From Octopus vulgaris (lineage: Eukaryota), in the NCBI GenBank assembly GCA_951406725.2, contig OX597838.1, positions 24,738,001 through 24,802,000 on the forward strand: a stretch of DNA of 64,000 nucleotides. Direction: 5' to 3'. The notes under the pieces are model-generated. The model ran no database searches and had not been told where the DNA came from. It was given only the letters and a program-made list of their open reading frames with translations. Of the stretch, positions 37,226-51,119 are shown one piece after another. Numbering within the stretch: the stretch's first letter is position 1; each line of letters begins with the position of its first letter. A program made the translations under genes and the position numbers.

Positions 37226-39265
37226 ATTCACCTGGACTCACTGTGTATTTCATCTCTTCAAGACTAATAAAATGTACACCAGCAATGTACTGAACGAAGC
37301 TCTCTCAACTACATTCAGCTTGTGCCACAGCTGAAAATATACTTTGAAATTGAGGACAATGTCTACAAAATTTGAAATTGAATTGATAAAATTATGAAGG
37401 ACATTACAAAAGCCACTTCTTTCAGGCAGATGTTAAGAGAGGTGTGGGGAAAACTTCAATGGTCAATAAAATCACAATGAGCAGTTTGTTTCTATAAAAA
37501 GTAGTTGCAGAGTGAGTGATATGTAATTTTGACTTTGCCCAGTCGCATAATGAAGTTGAAAGAAATATTTCAACACTGAAGATAAAATTTTATCACAATG
37601 CAATTAGTAATCTGAGCTTGTCAACATAATGGTAGTGTCGGACTTAATTCTATGTTTAGATCTAATGCAGGTTAATTTAACCTTTTCATCTGTAAAAGGA
37701 AAACAAGAGTGGCAAAACACATACAATATACTAGGGTGAAAAACCAAAACCAACACTTGGGGTAGAAGCACAAAGTGTTTAAAAGAGATAAGGGTTAGGT
37801 CCAACACCAATAAGCATAAAATCCTGCACATGAATTGATTCCTTCATCACTTCTTCAGCAAGCAGTGAAGGCCATACTTCAGTGTCAGGAATTGCATCTC
37901 CTGTATTTCTCATAAAATTGGAAATATTAGCAATTAAAGTTTTCTTTATTTCTATTTAAATTGCTTTTGTTTTTTGTACTGCTGGGTGTGCTAAATAAAC
38001 TGACACTAATTAAACTATCATATCTAAATGTTCTATTGATAATTACATTTCTTAATGTTGAATTCATTGGGTGAGTTTCAAACAGATCTGTAGCTAGATA
38101 ATTGGGTTCTCTCAGAATGGAAACAATGGCTAGATAGTAATAACAATGCAGTCATAAGTCTGGCTACAGATTAAGGATTAAGAAGAGGGTAAAAATCTTA
38201 AGAGGGGAATAATTTTCTTTTCCATAATATAGAAGAAAATCCAAGACGCCAAAAATATCAAGAGATATCTGTTTCAGCTTAGTTTTAAGTGGGGAAAATG
38301 ATAATGTCTGTGTTCTAAAGAAATAACTTGAATGATATCACCTTTAGTTCTCTTGTGCATCATACATACACATGAAGCATAAGGCACTAATTAGCAACAC
38401 ATTATTTTACAGGACTAGGGTAAAAGATTTCTGAAAGAATCTGTGTATACATAAGTGTGTGTGGGCATCATATACACACATATGCATATGAAAGTAATAT
38501 TTTGGAAATAAAAATCGAGATAGAAATGATAAGAAGAATGACATCCAGACCCATGTAAGTCCCTATTTAATGGTGTTTACTTCCAACTGAATGGCGTATT
38601 GAGTCATACGGACCAAATGAGGTTTTCTATTCTGATGTGTTCCTTATGCAAGATTAGAAGAGTTTCAGACAACTATTGCACACTGAAGCATACAAATGAT
38701 TCATTTGCATCAACAACATGACATTTAAATTTAAAAAGAAAAAAAAAAATGAATTAAAAAATATAAACGATTTGAAATATTAATTTTCTAGTGTTTGACT
38801 AAACAATTTCATTGTGCTGTCTGTTAGTCAATTTCCTAAAGAATTCTCAAATCACAATGGAATCTTTACAAATTTATGAGATACACAGTAACGATCAAAT
38901 ATATCTGAAAGAAATTCCAGCAGAAAATGAAATCTGTTTAAATGCTCAACTGTATTTTCAATAGACTTCTCAATTAATTAGCATTATTAATGATAACTCT
39001 GCTACTCTTTTTATTTATTTATTTAACCTGTCTTGGAAAAAGAAGGCTTTGAATCAAATTTTTTTTTGTTTTGTTTAATCTTTTCCAGTTTGTATAAAGC
39101 CTGATCAAACCAAGGAAGGATTTAATTTCAAAATCATAAATCCTTGTAAGTGCTGGAACACACTCATCTGGTCTTTGAGTGCACTATGTTCCATTTAAGT
39201 GCACTACGTTCCAAGCATTCAGACCAGTTCTCCAGCTTCTCTGCCCATAGTTTTACTACAGATGT

Positions 39266-39479
39266 TTAACCCTTTAGCATTCAGATTACTGTCAAATGTA
39301 ATGCTTATTTATTAACATTGTTTTGAATTAATCATGCATTTATTGCATAGCTTTGAGATTTCAATGTGATTATTTTTTAGACTGACATTGTAGAATAGGA
39401 GTGAGAGGCTGAATCTGGCTGGCTTGAACATAAAACAGGAATATTTGGGCCCAATACGACTAGTTTAAACGAAGAGTTA
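39266..39479. mobile_element. MITE family D (opposite orientation)
   Basis: TTAACCCTTTAGCATTCAGATTAC start. Confidence 0.8.
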
Positions 39480-40209
39480 CGTTGGGCTACATCAATTTCG
39501 TTAGTTAGGAAAAGATCTGTAAAAGCCATATGCAGTACCACTTCCTAACTTATAGCTAAAAAAAATTTACAATGTCAATTTTGCCTTTCGTCATTCTAGG
39601 ATAGATTGAAATTCAGTCAAACAAATAATAGGGTTGATTTAATCAACTACAGACCCTTTCTCACCTAACTGTGGGCTTGTACTTATGTTTCAAATTCTTA
39701 TATAAATTATAATTGAGATTATTGAAAGTAAACAGTTATTTAGCTATATTATGATTTAAGTAAGACCCAATGCCGAATAAATTCACCAAATTCATCAAAA
39801 ACATCTAATCAACAACAGAAATATGATTATCAACAGCAAAATCTACAAAGCTAAGACCTTTGTACATTTTGCTGAAAGGCAAAACATACTAGAGAACAAC
39901 AAACTTATAATCGACCACCCAACTTCACCACCAATTAATTATGTAATATAGGCAAATAATATTAAGTCACTGACTTGGCCATACAACCAGCTATTTGAGT
40001 CTAATAATAACTGTTTCGTTTTTTATCAATAACGAATGTGTCACATATGGTCACAGCATTTAAATAGATTTGTTTAAGGAAAAAAAAAGTCATATCTACA
40101 TTAATAGGTTGACCAGATAACAGACCTACATAAACTTTAGAATAAAAAAAAAATGATAGGATGGTCATTGTTGGAACACTTTATCAGGACTAACTAAACA
40201 ACAAATTAA

Positions 40210-40415
40210 CATTGGTTGTAAAGTGGTGGTGATGGAGGGGACAAACATGTAAAGACACACACAATAGGCTTCTTTCAGTTTCCCCCTGCCATATCCACTC
40301 ACAAGGCTTTAGTTGACCTAAGGCTATAACAGAAGGCACTTACCTAAGGTGCCACACAACAGGACTGAACCCAGAACCATGTGGTTGGGAAGTAAACTTC
40401 TTACCACACAGGCAA
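40210..40415 (-). mobile_element. SINE family A, 5' half
   Basis: GGACTGAACCCAGAACCATGTGGTTGGG head. Confidence 0.8.
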
Positions 40416-42142
40416 TTCTTAGAGTAAGAGAAAGAAAAAAAGGAGGAAACAACACACCAAGAATTAAGTCTACTCGTAATCTATCTTACAAGAGACCAAA
40501 CAAGTCTGAAGTGTTAATTATAATAACAGCTAGTTATATACAAATAAGTTATAACACAGAAGTTGCCATGAAAAATCACTCTCAAATTACATGCCCTACT
40601 GATCAGAGCTGACCGAGTGCTCAACAACAATAAGTTTTATTACTCCAAGTCTGCCCCCTCTACAGTATCAATTTAAACATACAAAGAGGAATTTGGAATA
40701 TTCTCCTTTTTCTATATAATATTCAGCTTACTCCATAATCAGCTGGTTAGATCTGGCTTGATCCTCGAGGAGACAAACACACACACAAACTTGTTTTTCA
40801 TTATGAAAACAAACCCAATGAAATACAGATGCAGTGTGTGGAAACCTATTTTAATCTATAACATATAAAAACTTATTATAAACCGTAAACAAATGATCCC
40901 ACCGCCCCACTAAACTCTTTGTGCAAAGCTGAAGTTAAACAAAGAAAGCTGTGTCATTGAAATATAATTTCTCTTAACTTGAAGTGTATGTATTGGCAGC
41001 AAGGACTTTCATTGTTTTCAAAATAAATTCCATTTCAAATGCCCACGATGTTATTGGTTTATTATACTGGGGAAATACAATTCATTCATATCAAACAGGA
41101 ACTCTGGGTTCAACCTCAATTGGTAAAAATGTGTGTGTGCGTGTGTGAATGATGGTTAAGCATCATCATTTAGCATTCATTTTCCATGCTGGTGTGGGTT
41201 AGATGGTAAGCTGGAGAGTTGTATGAGGCTCCAGAAAATCTGCCTCAACAAATTCTATCTGGCCCTTGCAAGCATGGGAAAAAATGGACATTAAACAAAT
41301 ATATTACATTATATACACAATGCCATACTGCATGTACTTCATTATAACTATTGACTACATTTTGACTAATTAAAAAACAGTCATCAATGTAACTGTAGAA
41401 TAATTTCAGAAGATAGCTGAAGGTTTGTTGTCAATTACTAATAAGAACTTCTGTTGTCGACACAACTCAAGAGTGAAACTGCAGTGTAACAGTAATTCAA
41501 GGGACCAGTTTTGTTACATTGATAGTGCCTGAAGATGTCATGGGTACATGTGCTTGAGAAATACTCAGCCACTTAATACAATGAGTAGGTGGCTCAGTTG
41601 ATCAAAGAACAGGGATGCTCACTGTAGAAAACCCGTCTTAAGATAATGCAAGCAGCTACTGAAAGTACACACCATTTGGAGACAAGATTATATTGAAGAC
41701 AAGTGAAAACACCATTACAGACTATATGTACAGTGCATATGATACATTGGTGAAAACTAAACACACACACACACACACTATCCTGATAGAATGGAAAGAG
41801 CTGAAAGAAAAGGACAGCAAACAGGAGTCTGAAGCAGACAATTATTAACCCATTATTACAATGTTCACCATGGTACCCTTAAATAAAATAGAATCTGGAA
41901 GACAAGTGGGGTAACAACAACAATAACAAACAGTTGTTGAGAAGCTGATGGATGAACAAAAGGCATAATTCAAGTATGCTTGCAGATTGTTATCTGATGT
42001 GTCCTTCCTGTTTCTCAAGACTGAGATTCAAAAGATTTGGCTGCTTTTAATAAGTCAGTCAACTACACAGAGGTCGATCAGATTGAATTACCAAGTTACT
42101 GCAATTTGATAGTGCTGGCTGTAGGTGGAATTTTAGAATAAA

Positions 42143-42488
42143 GTTGTGGCTGAGAAGCTTGCTTCCCAACCATTTGGTCTTGGTTCAATTCCACTACATG
42201 GCACATTGGGTAAATGCCCTCTGCTGTAGACCCAGAAAACCAAAGCCTTGTTAGTGGATTTGGTAGATGGAAACTGAAAGGAGCTGTGTGTGCGTGTGTT
42301 TGTGTGTCCATTACTGCTTGACAACCAGTCTTGCTTTGTTTATGTTCCCACAACATAGCAGTTCAGTAAAAGAGAATACTAAAAAGGGGGAAAAAGTACA
42401 GGGATCAATTTAGTCAACTAAACCTTCAAGCTAGTACCCCAGCAAAGCCACAGTCTAATGAATGAAACAAGTAAAAGAGAAAAGATAA
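42143..42488 (+). mobile_element. SINE family A, diverged
   Basis: Head and GAAACAAGTAAAAGA tail. Confidence 0.8.
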
Positions 42489-44180
42489 GTGAACCTAACA
42501 CAATGGAAACTGAGCTAGAAATTCAACTATTATCAAATCTAAACTGCATCCATCATCAATGGCTTCTGCTCCCTTGTATATCTTCTCTCATGTTAGCCTA
42601 GCATGTCTGTAAAGAGCATGGACATAGCTCATCTTCTGGTTAATTAAATAAAAAACACTCCAGAAAATACCGCTGCTATCATATTGGTCTTGAGTGGTTC
42701 ACAATGGTAAGTACTAACACCAGACCCTTGACTCTCTCAACAGATATATTTTAAGATCTTGAGGTTGTCAGTTGCATTAATTTCACCTGTTTAAGAGGAT
42801 CTGCAAAAGGTCAAGGTTTGACTAACATACAAAAACATGAATTAGGTTAGAATGTTAATTAAGAAAGGAATTTCTATTTCCATAAAACAATTAGCAAGAC
42901 AACTTAAATATCATTAATTCCAGAAGACTTTTTGTTAATAAATTACTAGCTCTCTGTGAAAACAATCACAATAAGAAGAATGTCACAAATTGACACACTA
43001 ATAAAATAGAATTTAAAAAAATTAAAAGATTAATAAAAACAAGACATTAATAAAACATATCCTTCATAAATTAACATTGATAAAAAAAAAAAATACTAAA
43101 AGGTTTCTTCAGAATGGAAAATATCTGAGAAAGGTTTCTGTTTCTAGTCTTAAAAAAGAAACAAAACAAGAATGGGCAGTGCTGTTAAATGTATGGAATA
43201 TTGCTAATAGAAGAAGGAGCGTACACATATGAGTGTGTATGTGTGTGTGTAATAGCACATCGGGAATATCAATGACGGCAACAAAACTAGCAGGAGCAGG
43301 CAGGCAGCAACAGTGTTTGGAATCAGTTGAAACGATGAATTGGCAACCATCCACTCCTTGACATTGGCATTCAAAGACTGGGTAACGCTAGTAAAACAAG
43401 CAGCTTCATTCACAGAGTTCATTATTTTAACATGTACAAGAAATAAATTTACCAATATTGTGTTCACAACATTATTTTCAAAGTGGCTTCCATAAAATCC
43501 TCTGTTTTTCATTTGCAGCAACAACAATAAAAATGAAAGCATTAAAAACAAACAAAAAAAAGTGATGCATTCTTAATTAGCTACATTTAGTTTCCTAGGT
43601 GCAAAAGATGATCTGGGATATGAAGATTAAACCAACAACTGCAGTTATTGCTGATTCGGGGTCAATAACACCAGCACAAGGACACCAATATTGCAGGAAG
43701 TAAACAACTCTACTGCTGCGAGTGTGTCCCTCATATAGTTAGACCTGTTAGAAACGGCAGCTAAATCTGTCTCAAATCACACTATCACCGAAGATAGGAA
43801 AAGACATGGATAATCTAGTCCTAGTCCTACATGCCCCTAACACTATCACCATGGCAAGAATATTTTTGATCATAGGTCTCCTAGGATTAGAGCTGAATTG
43901 GAAGTACATAACAATAACAAATGGTGCTTTATTTTATTGACCCTTGGAAGGATGAAAGGCAGCAAAATTATCCATCCTAGCACATGAATAACTAAATACT
44001 GTCAAGCATTTTTCTCTGATGTCCCAAGGAATACACTGTAGCATCATATTAAATATTAAGGGTCCAGTCTAATCATTTTATCTCCATTATGATACTTGTA
44101 AGGATAGGAAAATATAATTCGAATATCAGAAGCTGACAAGTTATCGAAAAATAGATTAAAAGGTATACAGAAGAATCGGC

Positions 44181-44302
44181 AGAGCATCAGATAAACACCA
44201 AATAGATTGGAAAGGGACATGGCAAAATATTAAATTCTGTAGAGCATCAGATAAACACCTAATAGATTGGAAAGGGACATGACAAAATATTAAATTCTGT
44301 AG
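44181..44302. repeat. 60-bp tandem duplication
   Basis: AGAGCATCAGATAAACACC starts at 44181 and 44241; 2 mismatches. Confidence 0.95.
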
Positions 44303-44784
44303 GTATGGCTGTGGTGTTAAGAAGTTCATTTCTCAATCATGCAGTCCAGAGTTCAATCACACTACCTGGCAGCTGGGGAAGATGTCTTCTACCATAGCCT
44401 CAGGCTGACTAATACCATTTAGCAGTGGGTAAGTGGAATCTATGGAAAATACACAGAATCCCATAGACTATGTGTAAGTGTATTTTTGGCTTGAAACAAT
44501 GCAAACACTGGCAGGAATCTCTTGAAATGGATTTATTTAAAGACCGTCCATTGCTCCTGCCATTAAAAATACAGTGAACTAGTGACTGGGCTGACAGAAG
44601 CCATGAATTGTAATAAAAACTAAATAATCTTGCTTAGACATACTTTCCTTCACATCTTTCCAGGCCAATAAAATAAGGAGCAGTCTATGTACTGGAGTTG
44701 ATGTAATCAAACATACCCTAGGAGTGGTATCACAGAATAACAAAACTAACAAAGCAAAGAATGAAAAAAAACCCAAATCCTTTA

Positions 44785-45130
44785 TCATGGCTGCATGGTT
44801 AAGATGTTCGCTTGACAACTATATGGTCTTGGTTTCAATCTCACATGACTCTTTGGACAAGTGTTGTCTTCTATAGCTTCTGGACAACCAATGTCATGTA
44901 AGTGAAATTGGCAAATGGAAACTGTGTAGAAGATCATTATATATGAATATGTGAGTGTTTGGATGTGTATGCTTGTATGCATTTGTTTGGCACCATTTTG
45001 AAAAAGCAGTGGTAAATATGAATTGGTAGAATAAGTACCAGACAGTAAAAAGATCATTATGAACAACTAAAACTCTTTTAAGTGGTGCCCCAGCATGACC
45101 ATAGTCTAACCAGTGAAACCAGCAAAAGAG
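44785..45130 (+). mobile_element. SINE family A, old copy
   Basis: Degenerate head and GTGGTGCCCCAGCATGACC tail. Confidence 0.7.
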
Positions 45131-45569
45131 TATGAATGAGACGCAAGAGAAAATAAAGCCTTCAGTTGATAGATTAAAAAGTGAAAAATAAGTAGAGCTA
45201 ATGGTGAAATGATTTCACTGAAATGATCCCAAAAGAGCATAAACTCTTTACTCCTTTTCTTTCTCGGTAACAAAATTCTATTAAGAAATAGGATTACTTG
45301 AACATTGTGAACAATAGTGAAATCGGAGCCTTTGAAAAAGTGGAAGTAATGACATCAATAATGGATACAGTTTCACCAGAACAATAAGTTGTACTCTTAC
45401 AGTGAAAATATTTGATTGTACGATAGGAAAGAACAATTTATTATCGAGTATCAAAAAGGATCCAGTAGCAATCAAAAATTTAAAACCACTGATTTTTTTT
45501 TTTTGCATTATCTCTATAGTTTCTTTTCAACAGTTCCAGAAAATTGACTGCTTTTGATGAAGCACTGTC

Positions 45570-45762
45570 TTAACCCTTTAGCATTCTGGATATTCTGTCA
45601 AACATAATGCTTATTTTATTAACACTATTTTCAATTAATCATGTATTACCTCATAGCTTTGAGATTTCAATGATGTGATTGCATAGGACAGATCTTGCTT
45701 GTTTGAACATAAAACAAAAATATTTTGGTTGGGTATGGCTGCCTTAAATGCTAATATGTTAA
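45570..45762. mobile_element. MITE family D
   Basis: TTAACCCTTTAGCATTC...AAATGCTAATATGTTAA. Confidence 0.8.
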
Positions 45763-45984
45763 AGATTATAGTTGATTACAGTGACCCTGGCTGGAATATC
45801 TTTGCTTGTAGTTTAGTACTATTAGGAAAATGACCAGGTGCTAAACAAACGCTTTTAAGTCAATCTTAGATTGCAGAGACTGAGCTTAATTGAAGAAAAC
45901 CTTTCCTTTAAAAGACATTCTAAAAAGAATATAATAATTTTTTTGTTTTTGCATGCATGTGGTTCTCTTCTCCAGAAACACATC

Positions 45985-46530
45985 TCAATGCCTGTAGTTC
46001 TTTGGTCATCTATGTAGAAAGATGTAGAAAGAGTCAACCTCTTGGGATTAGTCTCCACCACTTCTCATATCTTCTTTCGCTTGAATTGCTCAGCACTTCT
46101 TCACTCTAACAGTCATCCGCCATACAGGACCACACAAACTCAGTCTTCTCTCGAACAGGATTACATCTGGTTCCACTTATATTCTGGTTTTCTCTATTTG
46201 TGCTATCATTCATGCATACCAACATTACACAACTGGAGGCATAAGTTTGCTTAATTTCTTCCAAGCTTTTGCACATCCTTCAACATTTAATGGCCATGCT
46301 TCACTATTATACAGCACTGCACTAGGTACACAAACATCATACAATCTACAATTCACTCAAAGAGAGAGACTTAACAGAGATAATAGTTCCTTGAACTTGT
46401 TCCAAACCATTTTCAATCTGGCTACTATACTTCCAGAACACCTTTCTCTATTACTAATTAAGTCACCTAGAGAATTGAAGCCATCAATTACTTCTAAGGA
46501 GTTCTCCAAGAGTTTATCTCACAAGTTCTG
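45985..46530 (-). mobile_element. degenerate RTE LINE reverse-transcriptase fragment
   Basis: Minus strand LEVIDGFNSLGDLIS...SIVARLKMVWNKFKELL...LYDVCVPSAVLYNSEAW resembles the RTE post-RT motifs YLG/ARI..AW/LYGSETW; disrupted. Confidence 0.8.
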
Positions 46531-46565
46531 ATTAATAAGTACGGCCACATGTTTGCTACATATAC

Positions 46566-46765
46566 AGAATCGTTAGTGTGCTGGGCAAAATAATTAGCAG
46601 CAATTCTTCCATCTCTACATTCCGAGTTCAAACTCCATTGGTTGACTTTGCCTTTCATCCTTTCGGTGTCAATAAAATAAGTCCCAGTTGAGTGCTGGTG
46701 TCAATTGTAATCAACTTACCCACTTCTCTGAAATTACTGGTCTTGTGCCAAAATGTAAAAGCCAA
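46566..46765 (+). mobile_element. SINE family B
   Basis: CAGAATCGTTAG...GAGTTCAAA...GACTTTGCCTTTCATCCTTTCGG. Confidence 0.85.
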
Positions 46766-47384
46766 AATTGAATCAGCCCCAATTTTAATTATCTAATTAG
46801 CCAATCAAAAACAATTTTTTTAAATTGAAAATATGCCCAGTTATTACAAATAAAAACACAGAAAGTAAGATTCTATACCCTAATAATTTCATAGATGTTT
46901 TAGGAAGTTAGCTTCAAGTTTTTACAATGTTTTTTTTCTCCATTAATTTATTAAGAAAAGACTTCTTTTCAACCTAGTCATGTCAATCTCAGAAAATTTT
47001 CACAAATCTCAATCAATGACACTTGTAAAACTTGTCTATCCAGTTTTATGGCATATATACTACTTTCTTAATTCTATGGTGCAAAGAAAAAAAAAAAGAA
47101 AAAATCAATAGACAAAATTACTAATCCGAAACCAAACCAGTACTTTTCTTTTTTAAACATGGTCTAAGAATATTTTGTGTGTCAATGCAAAGATATTAGT
47201 TCTCCTGGTTAAACTTCTTATATAGCACATCTAACAATGACGTTTTTCAATTTACAGGAGTTACAATTTGGATTTCATTGTATTGCCCCTTTTGACACCA
47301 GCTGGCTTGTGACCATCTTTCATTCAACAATACAAGCTGCCTGTTTTACCCCTTAGCACTCAGATTACTCTTATACATAATATC

Positions 47385-47945
47385 TTCATCATCATCGTTT
47401 AATGTCAGCTTTCCATGCTAGCATGGATTAGATGCTTTGACATGGAGCTGTCCAGACTCCAGCTGCCAGTTGAGGCATAGTTTCTATTGCTGAATGCCCT
47501 TCCTAATGCCAACCACTTAGAGTGTACTAAGTGATTTTTACATGTCATCATCTCAGGTGCATTTATGCAGTACTGACATCGATGTGTTTACGAAGCACCA
47601 GGATAGGTGTTTTAACACAGCACCAGCACAGGCGCTTTTTAAATGGCACCGGCACCTGAGTGAAAGGACAAGCCTGTATGTGTGGAAGATAGCAATTTTA
47701 CTTAGCTTGACGCGTCTTATCAAATACAGCAAACCACCACACCTCCCGGTCCAATGTCATTTCCTCAGTGAGGTCCAGCATCTGAAGCCCTTTTCTCTTC
47801 CCTTTATCCCATGTCTTCCTGGGTCTACCCCTTCCACAGGTACCCTCCACAATTAGAGCTTGGCACTTCTTTATGCAGCTGTCCTCATCCATATGCATCA
47901 CATGACCAAACCAGTGCAGTCAACATGACCAAACCAGTGCACACA
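47385..47945 (-). mobile_element. RTE-clade LINE 3' end (ORF C-terminus, 3'UTR, (GAT)n tail)
   Basis: Minus strand GHVMHMDEDSCIKKCQALIVEGTCGRGRPRKTW, a typical RTE C-terminal motif, followed by a UTR shared with family C repeats. Confidence 0.85.
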
Positions 47946-49667
47946 ACATTTGATGCTTCATTTCTTAAAGATGAATCATGCATTATCTTGAAGCTTTAAG
48001 ATTTCAATGATGTGATTGTGAGTGCTTATTTTTAGAATGACCCTGAAGGGTAGGTATCAGAGGCTGGATTTGGCTAGTTTGAGCATAAAACAGAATATTT
48101 TGACTGGATATGGCCAGAATGAATTTCAGGTCTATTACCTATGGAGAAGCATCTATATTAAGAAAAATAACGAATCATTACTTTTACAAATTAGCAAGTA
48201 TGAAATGCATATTAAATTACTGCGTTGGTTTTAAGGCTTAGACTGGTCTTCTATTTTTTTTATATATAGCTTCTTTTAGAGGCCATCAGCTGCTCTGTGT
48301 AATTCCTCAATCTTATAACCAGATCAGCTTACCATCTTGAAAAGGAAAGAGGGAACATTAATATGGTCCTAGATATGTATTACTCAAGGATAAAATACTT
48401 ATAGCTGGAACAGCTTAGTGGTCTACTCAATCATGGACAACCTAGGGCTAAAGACAGCTGAAACCCAAAGCAGCAAAGCACTTGTCCAATGCTATAATAA
48501 AGTAATACAGTCATTTTATGATCATATGAATTTAGGCTGTCTGGTAAAGTCTGAATTAACCCAAATCTTCAATGGTCAACCCTTGTTAGTACCGACTGTC
48601 ACCAACTCGCAGAACTAGTCAGTAGACAAGACAAAAATACCATCCCCACTTAACGGAAACCATTTACTATAGTATTCAATTCCTTCAGACTATGTACAGA
48701 TACTTTTCTGAAACAGGGTAAGAAAAGATATTTACCACAGACAAGATACAAAACAGCTTCACAACAGAGTGTTTATTTAGACGACACCAATGTATGTAAT
48801 TCGTAGAAAATAATTCAAGCAATCAAAAGGAAATTAAGCTCAGGAATGTAAATAAGCTAGAGATAATTATCAAACTACTTTTCACAAAACAAAATTTAGA
48901 GAGAGAGAGCTACAAGATACATTTAAAAATGTTTCCAACAGTCACCCCACCAAGCCAACCTTGCCTTCCATACGTCCTATTTATTTGCTGCTATCCAATG
49001 TAATAACAGCTGTAAATGTTTTCTAGATACACATTTTTATGAAATTAAACAAAGAGAAAGAATGAGATGGTGCTTTAATAAACAAACCATTGCCTGTTCT
49101 CAAATAAACAAAAGCCACAATTAACAAAATAATTAAAAACAATTAAGTAAATTGCACACAATGCTTGGTATGTCTATCCAATAATTATTTGAAACGGTTT
49201 CATTATTTTCAGTTTAAAAGAATATTAAAACAATAAATAAATGCTAGACTACAAATATGATTTCAATGTTCATACTAAATTCAATTTTGCCAAAGTTTTT
49301 ATCATCACCATCAATTTTTTTAAATGCTAATCGGCCTCTGGAATAAAGCATTTAAATGAAACACTGCAGGAAGAAAGGCTTCATCAAAAGTCAACCAATT
49401 TGTTGCTACCTAATTGCATCCATACACAGTTCTATATATTATAATGCTGTAAATAACCAATAAGATATACAGCATTGATTAGTCAAAGTTATTACTAAGC
49501 AGGTTATTGGTAACATACTTTTCTCAGAGATGATAAAATGTTTGACAATCAGAGAAAAAAAAAAAGGTCTTGCTCAAGGCCAGACACAATGCTTTTTATA
49601 GCAAGATATGACCACAAGACTCCATTTTGTCATTTAAATAACCGATGCCAATCTCCTGGCTATTTAA

Positions 49668-49875
49668 TTCTAATTTTGGTACAAGGCCAGCAATTTTTTG
49701 AGAGAAAGGAATAAGTAGATTATTCGAGCCCAGTATGTGACTGGTACTTTACTGACCACACCGAAAGGATAAAAGGCAAAGTCAACCTTACAGAATTTGA
49801 ACTTGGGACTTACAGAGCCAGAAGAAATACTAAGCATTTTACTCATCACACTAATGATTCTACCAGCTCACCATC
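49668..49875 (-). mobile_element. SINE family B
   Basis: Same motifs as 46566-46765, reverse-complemented. Confidence 0.8.
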
Positions 49876-50072
49876 GTTCCTTGGCTGATAACTAAAAACA
49901 ATATCGCAGTCATAGTTGATGTAAGCATTACCTTGCCTAGAGATTCGGTTACAAGGCTTACAACAGAGTATAAATTCCTGATCTAGAAAACCCTGTTTCC
50001 ATATCCATTCAGTTTATGTCAGTAAAATAGTATGAATACAGTGAAAAACCATGACAAACTGAGCAGAGGGCA

Positions 50073-50403
50073 TCAACTGGAGATGCACTCAACAATGTGT
50101 GATCTGAAGTCACAGATAAGGACCACTCAGAAGCCGGAGATGGCTTACACAGAAACTGTGCGTGTTTATTCCATTACTTTGTTATAAGATATGATGCCTT
50201 TGTGTATGGCTTCGGAAGAAGATATCTACAAAGATTAGATTAAGTCAACTGGAGATGCACTAAATAAAGTGTGATCTTCAGCTTCAGTGTGATCCCTATC
50301 AGTGACTTCAGATGGGTTGGAGAGAGATTGTGTGTTTAACCCATTAGCTTATGATGCCTCCATGTAGGTTTCCAACAGAAGGTATTTGCAAGGAATAAAG
50401 TAA
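50073..50403. repeat. diverged ~172-bp tandem duplication with an internal inversion
   Basis: TCAACTGGAGATGCACT at 50073 and 50245. Confidence 0.85.
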
Positions 50404-50629
50404 CCCCACCACACTTGACATTGTACTAGAGGTTTTGCAAACAACTTGCACATGCAAGTGCTACCAGTTGAAAGCTCCGCATACCAGAAGCCAAGAAGTG
50501 TATGGGGTCATCAGGAGAGAATGTGCGCCGTTTTGGGGCCTACTTGTCGACAGTATCATTGCACACTAGCCCCGCTCACTACAGCTTGTGGAATCCACAA
50601 CCCCTCCATAGGATTAGAGCAGAATCCCT

Positions 50630-50693
<64 letters not shown>

Positions 50694-50717
50694 CACATAC
50701 ACACACACACATATATA

Positions 50718-50900
50718 TCATCATCATCGTTTAATGTCCGCCTTCCATGCTAGCATGGGTTGGACGATTTTGACTGAGGGCTGGCGAACCAGATGGCCGC
50801 ACCAGGCTCCAATCTTGATCTGGCAGAATTTCTACAGCTGGATGCCCTTCCTAACGCCAACCACTCCAAGAGTATAGTCCAACCACTCCGAGAGTGGTTG
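50718..50900 (-). mobile_element. family C repeat, young
   Basis: (CAT)nCGTTTAATGTCCG...CTGGATGCCCTTCCTAACGCCAACCAC. Confidence 0.85.
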
Positions 50901-51072
50901 TGTATGTATATATATATATACATCTTTTGGCAAAATGGAAAGGGAGAATGCATTTCTTACCCTTTTTTTTTCTTGACAGCACCGTTAATCTGGCTTCTAC
51001 ACACAGCTTCTAACACACACTAAGAGCACACAAGTAACACACAATGTTGTCATTGTCACTACGATTACTACT

Positions 51073-51118
<46 letters not shown>

Positions 51119-51119
51119 A

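Noticed and set aside
43204-43551. 115-aa hydrophobic ORF on the minus strand
   Set aside because: Non-ATG start, low-complexity ends, no recognisable domain and no good splice sites.
50293-50305. TCCCTATCAGTGA, matching 13 bp of the bacterial tetO operator
   Set aside because: The second half of the operator is absent, there is no vector context, and the duplicate unit shows a native origin.
50446-50877. Longest ORF in the track (143 aa)
   Set aside because: It runs through a (TA)n microsatellite and a family C repeat.
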